Origin: Meyerozyma guilliermondii
Lineage: Eukaryota
Assembly: GCA_051546255.1 (NCBI GenBank)
Contig: CP128818.1
Location: 1,240,001 to 1,304,000, forward strand
Direction of reading: 5' to 3'
DNA: 64,000 nucleotides
Shown: positions 10,887-20,681 of the stretch, piece after piece
How the letters are laid out: each line of letters opens with the position of its first letter
How positions within the stretch are numbered: position 1 is the stretch's first letter
Notes under the pieces: model-generated
Told to the model about the DNA's origin: nothing
The model's input: the letters and a program-made list of their open reading frames with translations, nothing else
Database searches by the model: none
Made by a program: the position numbers and the translations under genes

Positions 10887-12884
10887 TTATAAGTTTCTGT
10901 CGTCGCTAAACAACCCTCCCAACGTATCCTCAATCTCCTCCACCACACTGCCCACGCCTTGCTCGATTTCATGGCCCAAATGCTTGAGTCCCTCTCCAAT
11001 ATTGAAAGATGGACGCCAGTAGGAGGGAGGTTTCGATTCTGTCGGTTTAGGATTGGGAGATGCGGTGACAGTGACGGTGTGTTCGTGCTCATTTTTGTGG
11101 TCAGCCAGCTTGGTGGTTGTTACTAAGGTAGTTGGATCGTGGATTTCTCCATGCTCCACAGGCGATTGGTTTGTTTCCTGTTGCTCGACACTTCTGTAAA
11201 GCATGTCATAAGTAGAATTATTCACAATATGCTCAATCTCAAAGGGTAAACTGGGGTAGTCTAGCATATCTCTCCAATCTGTAGGAAGACTATTCTTCGC
11301 CATAAAAGAAGAGGACCCATTGTTTGGCGCTGGCGATATGAACAAAGACTCGCATATCATGTTGTATACCTCCGTATTAGGAAACGGTTTGACTTTCTTC
11401 TCGGCTTGAAGTAGCGTTTCAAAGTATGGGCCCTTACCCAAAAATAATGCTCTCATCAACAACTCAGTATTGTTGTACCCATGTACACCTTTGGGGCTGT
11501 AGTCATTGTTGTTCTCCTCCATGTTCTTGTGTGTGGTAATAGCATATCCTACGTTCGGAACAATCCACAATGGTGCAAGACGATAGCTGAATCGATGGCC
11601 AGCACCAAAGTTCCATTCTGGGGGAAACTCGTCTACTTTGTAAAGACGAAAGTTCTCGTTGCCTTTGAGCGCAGCCTTAATGTCTTTGTATGCTTCTTCC
11701 ACACTGTAGTCGGATTTGGGCCGAAGTCCGTATAAGGGCCATCCGTCAACATGTTCTATCTTGTTCAAATCCACAACGTCGTCCAAATACAACAAACGGT
11801 CATTGGACGTCGGAGCCATACCATGGTCACTAAGGACTATCAAATTGACAATGTTGTTGAGGTTACGTTTTTCAAGTTCACTCGAAAGCGACAGCACGAA
11901 TTTATCAACTTCTTGAAGCGACTTGTCGAGATGTTCACCAGATATACCGTACTTGTGGCCCACCAGATCAATGGTTGGAACATACGCGAGTATAAGCTCT
12001 GGCCTGGAGGCAATATCGTTGTCAATCCAGGAAATCACCCGGTCAACTTTTGCAGTTAATGGTTCACTTCCATTGTACCGATCTACATGCAACGGACCAC
12101 CATTTATACCAACCCCAGGAACCTCGCTTCCAGGCCACATGTGTATTGCGGACTTGACACCATAGTTGTGGGCTGTTTTCCACACCGGCTCGCCGCCCTG
12201 CCAAAAATCAGGGTCCAAGCCTCCTTTTTTAGGATCGGTATTCACAAACTGTTTTTGCAATTGTGGATCGTAAAAAGTGTTGCCAACTATGCCGTGCTCC
12301 GATGGGTATAGGCCTGTGATCAATGTCCAGTGGTTAGGAAACGTGGAAGATGGAAATGAAGGTGTCATATAGGGAGCTCCGTAATCACTGATCATCATAT
12401 TGTGGAGAGTAGGAGTCCTCTTCTCGTTGATGTAATGAGGATGAAACCCATCTAGAGATACCACAATGGTGGTGGGATAGAAGTCATGGGTAGAGTTGGA
12501 TAGTATCCGCTTGAATGAATGGGAAACGTTTGAACCGGACAGTTTTCCAAAAATGTAGAAAACTATTGCGACCACACCAATGAGAAGAAGTGACCCAAAA
12601 GAAAGGAAAAGCCTTCTTCGTGTTCGCAAGATCTTGGGTTCGGGTTGTTTGTTTAAATCGAAGCTATCGGAAGATCCCAAGTCGTCAAAATTGACCATTT
12701 CGTAGCTGTTTTCTGGCGGTCTCGAAAACCAGTTTTTCATTTTTGAAGAAATAGTGGGTTCAGGACGCTCAAAATCGAGATCCGACACGTCGTGGAGCAT
12801 ATTGTGCCTTTCTTCAAAGAGAATATCGTCCTCGTCATCGAGATCGGTGACGGGAACGTCCACGGCGTGGTGATTAACTGACAT
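10887..12884 (-). CDS. NPP1: Ectonucleotide pyrophosphatase/phosphodiesterase, type II membrane protein
   Basis: Single TM, then VSLDGF, PSSTFPNHWTLITGLYP, DLVGHKYG, LSDHGM, GVHGYNN. Confidence 0.9.
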   Translation of the reverse strand: MSVNHHAVDVPVTDLDDEDDILFEERHNMLHDVSDLDFERPEPTISSKMKNWFSRPPENSYEMVNFDDLGSSDSFDLNKQPEPKILRTRRRLFLSFGSLLLIGVVAIVFYIFGKLSGSNVSHSFKRILSNSTHDFYPTTIVVSLDGFHPHYINEKRTPTLHNMMISDYGAPYMTPSFPSSTFPNHWTLITGLYPSEHGIVGNTFYDPQLQKQFVNTDPKKGGLDPDFWQGGEPVWKTAHNYGVKSAIHMWPGSEVPGVGINGGPLHVDRYNGSEPLTAKVDRVISWIDNDIASRPELILAYVPTIDLVGHKYGISGEHLDKSLQEVDKFVLSLSSELEKRNLNNIVNLIVLSDHGMAPTSNDRLLYLDDVVDLNKIEHVDGWPLYGLRPKSDYSVEEAYKDIKAALKGNENFRLYKVDEFPPEWNFGAGHRFSYRLAPLWIVPNVGYAITTHKNMEENNNDYSPKGVHGYNNTELLMRALFLGKGPYFETLLQAEKKVKPFPNTEVYNMICESLFISPAPNNGSSSFMAKNSLPTDWRDMLDYPSLPFEIEHIVNNSTYDMLYRSVEQQETNQSPVEHGEIHDPTTLVTTTKLADHKNEHEHTVTVTASPNPKPTESKPPSYWRPSFNIGEGLKHLGHEIEQGVGSVVEEIEDTLGGLFSDDRNL

Positions 12885-12959
12885 GAGGAAGAAACCGTGC
12901 GCGAATATTTGGCTGCGAAACCTTACTACTATTTATTACCGAAGTTACTATCAATATTT

Positions 12960-13799
12960 TTATATCCGTTCTATATTTCTCTGCTCCCGCCCGCGTTTCC
13001 TGAACACTTTCATGCGGAGCGCCATGATCAGATCGGGTTTCAAGTCGTTGAAACTGATCGTTGCTTCGCAGCCATCGACTGGACAATTTTTACCCAGACG
13101 ACCAGATGATCCAGCGAGATACTGGTGAATGGTGGCTCTGGAAAACACATGCATGCATTTCCGCGATATTACCGGCTCCTCGTAGTAGTCAAGGGAAAGG
13201 GGGTCCCTCAACGAAATCTTTCCACCTGCAACAGCTACATCGTCTTCGTTATCGGCATCGGTGGGAAGAGGATTGGAAGGGTCTTGAAGAATGTAAACCA
13301 AGTTTCGAAGTTGCACGTATGTGTCATAAGTGTTTACAACTTGGTCCATCGTTCGTTCTTGCTGTTTCAACTCTTTGTCGTCTTGGTAATCGTGAATTAT
13401 TTCATCGGCAAACTGGCGCTTTTCACCATATTCGCGATACAAGTCCATGGTTTCTACCGTCAATTCTGGCTCGTTTCTTTGCTGATTTCTGATCCTTGCG
13501 CGAGCCTGGTGGGCCGACTGCTTCCAGCACTCCAACTCATACTTGCTGACTATATGCTGGCGCAATGTGGTGAGTAAAGTATTGAGGGTATCCTGGTTTA
13601 CCTGCACTGGGGCCCGATTGTCGTCGCTAAGTACAAAGTCTATATAAGCTTTTCCCTGGGCCGATACGTCGTCGATCGCGTTCTGTACTTCCTGAAGCAC
13701 CAGCAGGTGGTTGGAATCTGCGGTCTCGAACTCGCGCACTAACTCGTGGTGGAGAGGGATATACAGCGGCAAGTTGGCATTGATATGAAGGTTGGCCAT
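12960..13799 (-). CDS. MMS21: Smc5/6 SUMO E3 ligase Mms21/Nse2 (SP-RING)
   Basis: DDVAVAGGKISLRDPLS...PVISRKCMHVF...CPVDGC...DLKPD. Confidence 0.8.
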   Translation of the reverse strand: MANLHINANLPLYIPLHHELVREFETADSNHLLVLQEVQNAIDDVSAQGKAYIDFVLSDDNRAPVQVNQDTLNTLLTTLRQHIVSKYELECWKQSAHQARARIRNQQRNEPELTVETMDLYREYGEKRQFADEIIHDYQDDKELKQQERTMDQVVNTYDTYVQLRNLVYILQDPSNPLPTDADNEDDVAVAGGKISLRDPLSLDYYEEPVISRKCMHVFSRATIHQYLAGSSGRLGKNCPVDGCEATISFNDLKPDLIMALRMKVFRKRGREQRNIERI

Positions 13800-13998
13800 A
13801 TAGATACTTTGCGCGCGAACAATTTAAGTGGGTGCATGCAGGAACAGGAGTTGCAAGACCAAGGATTTAAGTGAAATGAGAGAGATACTACTCGATGAAA
13901 TAGGGAAGTTGTCCAGTAAGGATGGTAAAGTTTGTTGAGAATGAGATATGCTCGTTTTTTATTGTAGAGTTGGATGATAAAAAAAATCCACCTTTGTT

Positions 13999-14778
13999 TT
14001 AGACTCTATATACTAGCTCCCCATGAATCAAGATCATCAATGCACTTTCGTCCTCCAGCCATTCGCGGTAAGCACGAAGTACATTTTCCAACTGTTCACC
14101 TTCTAGGTTACTTTCTTTCGTTTTAGTTAAACGGGAGCAAAACCTTTCGGCCCATTCATGTCGCTCCTCATAGCTACTAATACACCACACCAGCGACGAA
14201 TATTTTAGCTTATCAACCTTATAACCTGCAGCTAGAGCTCTCTCTTTAAGCTGTCTTCCGGCTATGGGCAGAGTCGACAGGTTTTTGATTCTCGAATCCA
14301 CAGCGTTCGTCAACAAAGAAGCATACTTTTCTGGATATATCACTTTCAGTTTCAAGTCTGTGTCCTTTACAAAAACATAGCCTCCGGGCTTACAAACTCG
14401 CTCCATTTCTTTTAGCGCTTCAATGGGTTTCTCAAGATGAACTACAACTTGTGAAGCATGAACAAAGTCAAAACTATTATCTTCAAAAGGTAAATTGTAT
14501 GCCAGACCATATTGGAAGGTTACCAGCTTGGGGAGATCTGGCTGGCTTGCTGCAAGATCAACTAACTCTTGAGTTGGTTCTACCCCAACCACCTCCGCAA
14601 CATAATTAGCAAAATCTTTCAGAATTGTGCCAGGTCCCAGACCCACATCTAGTAATCTTCCTTTCTTATTTAGATAAGGAATCACGAAAGGAACTGCATT
14701 AGAAACTGTGCGCCATGCGTGTGTATCAGACACCAGTTTGTCAAATCCTGACTTGTAATATGCTTGGTCGTTTGGCAT
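13999..14778 (-). CDS. Class I SAM-dependent small-molecule methyltransferase (copy 1)
   Basis: THAWRT, motif I LLDVG(S)GPGTI, LPFEDNSFDFVHASQV, EMERVCKPGG. Confidence 0.88.
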   Translation of the reverse strand: MPNDQAYYKSGFDKLVSDTHAWRTVSNAVPFVIPYLNKKGRLLDVGLGPGTILKDFANYVAEVVGVEPTQELVDLAASQPDLPKLVTFQYGLAYNLPFEDNSFDFVHASQVVVHLEKPIEALKEMERVCKPGGYVFVKDTDLKLKVIYPEKYASLLTNAVDSRIKNLSTLPIAGRQLKERALAAGYKVDKLKYSSLVWCISSYEERHEWAERFCSRLTKTKESNLEGEQLENVLRAYREWLEDESALMILIHGELVYRV

Positions 14779-14869
14779 TCTAATTCTTTGAGGGATCTAA
14801 GATGCGAATATAGTGGTATATATAGCCTTGTTTCACCAAATTAGTTGCGGATCCTCACCGCAAGAAACC

Positions 14870-14916
14870 GCGGCGATTTGCCTAATTGGGATGGGTTGCA
14901 ATTCTGTGGCTGCGAA
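14870..14916. promoter_or_regulatory. Conserved upstream element, copy 1
   Basis: GCGGCGATTTGCCTAATTGGG..GGTTGCAA, near-identical to 16559-16608; TATA-like run at about 14818-14824. Confidence 0.6.
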
Positions 14917-15192
14917 TCTGCTTGACAGCATTTCGCTTGCATGATAACCACCTGAACAGGCCTATGTGATTAGACTCGAATTGAAGAGCCAAAATGAAGA
15001 AAATGCTTCACTCTACATCCCATCCTTTCCGAGCTATAAGATGAGTATTGGTTCTTTTAGTAGTAAAGGTCTAACATTTAATTTACAATCACTTACATTA
15101 CAAGAATTAATATTGTTATTGAATACACTAAAAAAAAAATTTGATTAAGATTGTACTAGCGCCTAATAAGCATAGCTTTAAGTTATTGGGAC

Positions 15193-15436
15193 TGTTGGAA
15201 TACACAGGACCTATAGCGACACAGGGGATCGTCCAAGGTGTACAATCGGAAGTCCGATGGTAGCATCCCAAAAAAACCCTCAGAACTTTTCCGAGGAGGT
15301 CTATATAAGGAGCTTCTGAGTCCTACTAATTCGTTGTGGTATTGGCAACCCCAATACCACAAGGTTTTGTTGATCAAAAGACTTTTAGCTGGGTCACTAT
15401 GGGTCACTATGGGTGGTAACACTGGCGAAGGGTGAC
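15193..15436 (+). mobile_element. Probable LTR relic (about 229 bp) followed by a PBS-like motif
   Basis: Starts TGTTGGAATA, ends TAACA (15421), internal TATATAAG, 12-bp hairpin, then C-TGGCGA...; no target-site duplication or gag/pol seen. Confidence 0.45.
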
Positions 15437-15697
15437 TTCTACACGTCCTCCACGTGAGTGTTAAGACGGCAATCTAGACTTCGAGAAGTTACTCTAAAGT
15501 CTAATTCTTCGATCGTATATTTTTACTAGTTTCTAATATGCGATATTCCTCTATCTAATGTCTATGTCTTCTATCCAATATATTGACTAGTTTAGAATAT
15601 ACGATACTTTCCTCAATCTATTCGTATGTTTCTTTTTGAGTCTAGCACTGTCTCACTGGAGGTAAAGTGTATAGAAGCTCTTGAAATTTAGAATTGA

Positions 15698-16486
15698 TTA
15701 AACTTTTATAACAATCTCAGACATGATCATCACGAACAATGATCTCTCGTCTTTTTCCCACAACTCCCAGGAATCCTCAATTTGTTTCACCGTGTACTTA
15801 TCAAAAGCACCTTCTTTGCTTTTCCGTAACCTTTCAGCATACATACGTCTATGTTGCTTTCTCTCCTCGACCGAAGAATAGTATTGTGTGGATGACGACA
15901 TTACTATATTTTTCGCCTCAGTCCCAGACTCAAGCGCCCATTCTTTAAGCTTTCTACCGCCTGTAGTATCGGTAGATTCTCCAAGTGCAAAGTGGTTGAA
16001 AAAGTATTTAATTGATTCGTACTCCATTGGGTACACAATAGTTGAATCCAAATCAGCTTCTCTTGCAAATATCAACCCGCCTGGCTTAACAACTCTTGTC
16101 ATCTCTTTTAGTGCACCAATTGGCTCAGGTAAATGTAACAACAATTGGTGTACATAGACAATGTCAAACGATTCGTCATCGTATGGTAGAGACATCACAG
16201 ACCCTACTTCGAACTTGACATTACTCAACCCCTGCTCACTTGCAACTTTCTTTCCTACATTGGCTAATTCTTCCAACGTATCAATTCCAACAACTTTGGC
16301 TTCGAGATATTTTCTGGCACAGTCAATTGTAATGGTTCCTGGCCCGCAGCCAACATCAAGTATAGACTCTGTTCCCCGAATGTAGGGAACCATAAATCCC
16401 ATACAGTTGTCTATGGTTCTCCAAGTATGAGTACTCGAGATCTCTTTTTGGAATCCTGTGCTGTAATATTTGTTTTGCGATTGCAT
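15698..16486 (-). CDS. Class I SAM-dependent small-molecule methyltransferase (copy 2)
   Basis: THTWRT, ILDVGCGPGTIT, LPYDDESFDIVY, EMTRVVKPGG; collinear paralog of 13999-14778; ATG at 16486. Confidence 0.88.
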   Translation of the reverse strand: MQSQNKYYSTGFQKEISSTHTWRTIDNCMGFMVPYIRGTESILDVGCGPGTITIDCARKYLEAKVVGIDTLEELANVGKKVASEQGLSNVKFEVGSVMSLPYDDESFDIVYVHQLLLHLPEPIGALKEMTRVVKPGGLIFAREADLDSTIVYPMEYESIKYFFNHFALGESTDTTGGRKLKEWALESGTEAKNIVMSSSTQYYSSVEERKQHRRMYAERLRKSKEGAFDKYTVKQIEDSWELWEKDERSLFVMIMSEIVIKV

Positions 16487-16558
16487 TAAAAACAGATATG
16501 AGCAGTGAAACAGGGCTTTATATATGCCGCAAGAAGTTTGCTGGATCTGCAAGGCAGG

Positions 16559-16608
16559 GCGGCGATTTGCCTATTTGGGCGAGGTTGCAAATTTTCGATG
16601 GTTGCGAA
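16559..16608. promoter_or_regulatory. Conserved upstream element, copy 2, in the ~160-bp divergent promoter
   Basis: GCGGCGATTTGCCTATTTGGG..GGTTGCAA, flanked by TATATAAA in both orientations (about 16517-16524 minus, 16612-16619 plus). Confidence 0.6.
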
Positions 16609-16644
16609 AAGTATATAAAGACAATGACTTGAATTTGAGTATCT

Positions 16645-18177
16645 ATGTTTATGCTTTCTCACTTTGTCAAAAAAAGCTTTATTGGTTGCCTTTTCCATGA
16701 CAGAATCCTGAACCATTTAGGTTTAGACTTGATAACATACAATGAGAAATATGACTCTTATGATCAATTGATCCAAGAAGAATGGGATAATGAAGATAAT
16801 CTTGATAATCCACATAATTGGCTCGTGTACCTTAAGGCAATATTCAGCCTTGAAATCGGATTCTTGAGTCTTTCTGTTTACATTGGACTGGCAATTTACA
16901 CTCCAGGCATTGATCAAATCATGAAGGATTTTGCAATCAGTGAAGAAGTCGCCTTGTTACCTATGGTTTTATTCGTCATAGCTTATGGGATTGGTCCTTT
17001 GTTTTTATCCCCTATCACAGAACACTACAAAATCGGGCGGAATCCTGTTTATATTATTACCCTCTTCCTTTTCGCAATTCTTCAACTTCCAACCGCAATT
17101 GCCAAAAATATTGCATCGCTTTGCATTCTAAGATTTCTTAGTGGTATTTTTGCTTCTCCGGTGTTGGCAACTGGTGCTGCGTCTGTGTGCGATATTATTG
17201 CTGTTCCTTATATGCCAGTTGTAATTGGTATATGGGCAATCTGTTCCTTGTGTGGGCCGTCATTGGGACCGTTAATAGGTGCAGTCTTGAGCACTAAAAG
17301 AGACTGGAGATTTTGTTTCTGGTTCTTATTGATACTTTCAGGTGCATCTTTTGTTATTTTGTCTCTTTTCTTACCCGAAACTTACCCTCCAAAACTAAAA
17401 TATGAAAGGGCAAAGTTATTGAGAAAGTTGACGGGAAATGATGATATTCGAACAAGCGACGAAATGAAAAATCAAATTGACAAGGGATTTCTTCGAGAGT
17501 ATCTTTGGAGACCTATTGAACTCACGCTCGTGGAGCCAGTGGTTTTTTTGATCAATGTGTACTCAGCACTAATCTACTCAGTTCTTTATTTGTGGTTTGA
17601 AGCTTTCCCTATAGTCTATAAAGAAGTCTTTGGTTTCTCCACAATAATTGAAGGGCTATGCTTCCTAAGTATTTTGGCTGGGGTGATCATTGGGTCTTTC
17701 GTTTATGTCACTTTCATCTACCTTGCGTTCACAAAGAAGCTTTTGCGTAACCAACAGATATACCCAGAAGTATTTTTGCCAATGGCTATAGTGGGTGCAA
17801 TATGTTTACCAATGGGTATTTTCATCTTCTCATGGTGCGCAACTCCTCATGCTCATTGGTTCGGGACGTTGGTTGGAGCCTGTCTAGCGGGCATGGCAAA
17901 CTTTGTGATCTTTCAAACCTTACTCAATTATTTAGGGATGTCATTTCCTCGTTATTCGGCTTCAGCTTTTGCGAGTAATTGCTTGTGGAGGTCGGTTGTT
18001 GCAGGTGTGGCACCTCTATTTGCAAAGCCTTTATATAGAAACCTTGCGTTGAGAGATTACCCAGTAGGTTGGGGCTCTAGTGTCTTGGGATTTATTGCGA
18101 CTGCGATGATCTTGATACCAGTTGTGTTTTATTGGAAAGGACCTCAATTAAGAGCTCTGTCGAAATTCGCCTCTTAA
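16645..18177 (+). CDS. MFS drug:H+ antiporter, DHA1 family (Mdr1-like)
   Basis: W..EDNLDNPHNW, AIYTPG, YGIGPLFLSPITE, IGRNPVY, RFLSGIFASP.LATGAAS, LPETY, YSASAFASN, YPVGWGSSVLGF; start 16645 or 16651. Confidence 0.9.
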   Translation: MFMLSHFVKKSFIGCLFHDRILNHLGLDLITYNEKYDSYDQLIQEEWDNEDNLDNPHNWLVYLKAIFSLEIGFLSLSVYIGLAIYTPGIDQIMKDFAISEEVALLPMVLFVIAYGIGPLFLSPITEHYKIGRNPVYIITLFLFAILQLPTAIAKNIASLCILRFLSGIFASPVLATGAASVCDIIAVPYMPVVIGIWAICSLCGPSLGPLIGAVLSTKRDWRFCFWFLLILSGASFVILSLFLPETYPPKLKYERAKLLRKLTGNDDIRTSDEMKNQIDKGFLREYLWRPIELTLVEPVVFLINVYSALIYSVLYLWFEAFPIVYKEVFGFSTIIEGLCFLSILAGVIIGSFVYVTFIYLAFTKKLLRNQQIYPEVFLPMAIVGAICLPMGIFIFSWCATPHAHWFGTLVGACLAGMANFVIFQTLLNYLGMSFPRYSASAFASNCLWRSVVAGVAPLFAKPLYRNLALRDYPVGWGSSVLGFIATAMILIPVVFYWKGPQLRALSKFAS

Positions 18178-20084
18178 GCATGAAAGTATTTGTCAAAATC
18201 CAATATACGATCCTTCACATCAAAATTCAACATCATGACTTCGTCGGCAAATTGTAAAGTTTGAAAGTCCAATCCCACAAAATCTGGGATCTGACTTCTC
18301 ATGAATATATCCTCTAATTGCACCACATCAAACGGACTAGGCAATTTTTTGCTAGTTGAAGCAAATTCGAAACTGTCCAATTTGTTCAAGAGGATCGAGT
18401 GAACGCTTTTGATCCTTTTACCGTTAACATAGTATGATGGTAGCTTGTCTAGAATCGTGAACGAAAATTGAATGCACTTGACAAAGTTTTTTTCGATTGA
18501 AGCAAGTCGTTTTATGTATGCATCGTCTCGAACAGAATTATGTCTATATTGAGAAAATCTTAAAGCTAAACCTAAAAGTATTTGATTAGCTCTATTGATA
18601 AACTTCTCAATGGATGGACAAATAACGAATAAACATTCATCACAGGATAATGCTGTCGGCAAATATATGAGTAGTTCATTGACTAAAGTCGTCGATTTGA
18701 CGAGGTAGTAATATGAAAGATTGACATTTTGATCCTCGAAATGAAGGAACAAGTGCCAAAAGATCGACACAAGAAAAGTAGCGAAAACGAGATAGTTTTT
18801 GATGGAAAATTGTCTTTTTATAAGTGATAGTCTTAAATCGGATTCCCTATTTTGTAGACAATTTTCAAACGTCCCAGCTTCGTTCAGTATTATAATCTCG
18901 AAATTAGATAGTGATTGGCAAACTGCTGATGTGGCTGACCCATCTGGGTTAAGAATCAAGTTTAATAGATTAATCAACTTATCGTTGAACTTTAAGCTCA
19001 GGAAAAACATGTCTAACACAAATTGGTCGAAATTCTGGTCAAGTAGATTTTTCTGGTCATCAAACTTTATGTGACTGGCCCCATTAGCGATTGATAATTG
19101 ATAGCCGTATGTATATCCTTGATACATATCTGCCATAATCAAAAACTGCCATATCTTTTGTTGCATTAGTTTTGTTCCAGGTCCGAAATCTTGAAAGTTC
19201 CCCCTTTCCAAGCCAAGTAATTTAGCACGGACAATCAACGATCTATTGGCTCGCTGAGTAGCTTCCCCTTCATGTATTCCAGAAACTTCAGGAGAAAATT
19301 TGTGGTACAATTTGAGAAAGAAAGATAAGACAAAGACAGAAAAGTTGTCATCCGAATCGTGAGATCTGACTAGACACTCACAAGCTAGATCAATTGCGTC
19401 TGTTTTGACGAGATGAGAACAATTTGTGCCTTGAGATAAGGAAGCGAATCTCAAAATGATCAACAAGATTCCTATCCATGCATAATCAGTGGACTGTTCT
19501 TGGCCCAAAATTGAGGATGTACGCGTCCTGAAGGTGGCCTCGTCCATAAACGGAATGAACGTATACACCCATGAAAAGAAACGATCTATCAATTGGGATG
19601 TTGTGAAAGGATCTGGAATAATGTTGGTCAACCTTGAATGGAAAGATGAAGAATCTATACTTTGTTTCTTCTCTTCAACTTGAAGTGGTTCCACGTCAGC
19701 TGTGAATAGACTTGACCATAAGCTGTTGACAAATTTGTCTTTCCCAATCAATGCCTCCCAAGACAAAGGACTATTCAGTGTACTCGAGGAGTAAAAATTT
19801 ATAATTGAGTGATCCGCATATGGATTTATTCCAACTAGTGATTCATACCTGGAAGGATATGTGGCCGGATGGTCACTTTTTCCAATTTTTTCATTTTTTT
19901 GTCCGAGATCGGCAGGAACATAGGCACTTTGAGTGTAAGGCTTGTGGTTAAAATATGTGTATTCACAGTCCAAATTGTTGCTGATACAACTCGAGCATGG
20001 CTCCTTGCGGTCACACTTTTTTTTCCGTTTCTTACAATTGGTGCACACAATAATTACTCTACTCCTCTTGTAGAGTGAGGTCAT
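18174..20084 (-). CDS. Zn(II)2Cys6 transcription factor, compact Mrr1-like
   Basis: CTNCKKRKKKCDRKEPCSSCISNNLDC zinc cluster, LVGINP...INFY segment, fungal TF middle region; ATG at 20084. Confidence 0.85.
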   Translation of the reverse strand: MTSLYKRSRVIIVCTNCKKRKKKCDRKEPCSSCISNNLDCEYTYFNHKPYTQSAYVPADLGQKNEKIGKSDHPATYPSRYESLVGINPYADHSIINFYSSSTLNSPLSWEALIGKDKFVNSLWSSLFTADVEPLQVEEKKQSIDSSSFHSRLTNIIPDPFTTSQLIDRFFSWVYTFIPFMDEATFRTRTSSILGQEQSTDYAWIGILLIILRFASLSQGTNCSHLVKTDAIDLACECLVRSHDSDDNFSVFVLSFFLKLYHKFSPEVSGIHEGEATQRANRSLIVRAKLLGLERGNFQDFGPGTKLMQQKIWQFLIMADMYQGYTYGYQLSIANGASHIKFDDQKNLLDQNFDQFVLDMFFLSLKFNDKLINLLNLILNPDGSATSAVCQSLSNFEIIILNEAGTFENCLQNRESDLRLSLIKRQFSIKNYLVFATFLVSIFWHLFLHFEDQNVNLSYYYLVKSTTLVNELLIYLPTALSCDECLFVICPSIEKFINRANQILLGLALRFSQYRHNSVRDDAYIKRLASIEKNFVKCIQFSFTILDKLPSYYVNGKRIKSVHSILLNKLDSFEFASTSKKLPSPFDVVQLEDIFMRSQIPDFVGLDFQTLQFADEVMMLNFDVKDRILDFDKYFHA

Positions 20085-20681
20085 ATGGATCAATTGAATT
20101 TGATAAAAGTCCGCGAAATGGTGCGGTCCAAGTTACTGCAGATACGGCGCTAATGCAAAATGTACCTTAGCCTTAAAAAGTGAGGAGCTGTACGTGTTTA
20201 TGGAAAAGTATGTAAGTTTGCTAGTGCCTCTTTGATTATACGTCTTGAACTGCAAAATTTCAAATTGTTGCAAAATCTCAAATTATGCGAACCATGAATA
20301 TCAGATTGATCCAATGATCCAATGGTTCATGTGAAAAATTGACTAGTACAAGCTTTTCTTCTTATCTCCTATGGCACTACACTCCCCTACAAGTCCAAAA
20401 GGCTCTCAAAATCGGCTAATTTATTATCTACTCCGATCTCTTGATACAAAAGGACTGTACATAAGCATACAGTTCTTAATAAAATAATTTACCGCATTAA
20501 ATCAAATTCACCTTTATACCTTGTGACACGAAACTTTATAATTCCCCAATTGCGCTCAACAAATGATATATTCATCATCGGAAGAGGCAACACAGTATAA
20601 GTCAACACCATAGTGGACATATAGCTGCAAAAGACTTATGTCAAATGTTTCAGCATACGCGTGTAGAATTCCTACAAAGGT

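Noticed and set aside
15183..15435. Short ORFs on both strands inside the LTR-like relic
   Set aside because: No gag/pol or other motifs; non-ATG starts
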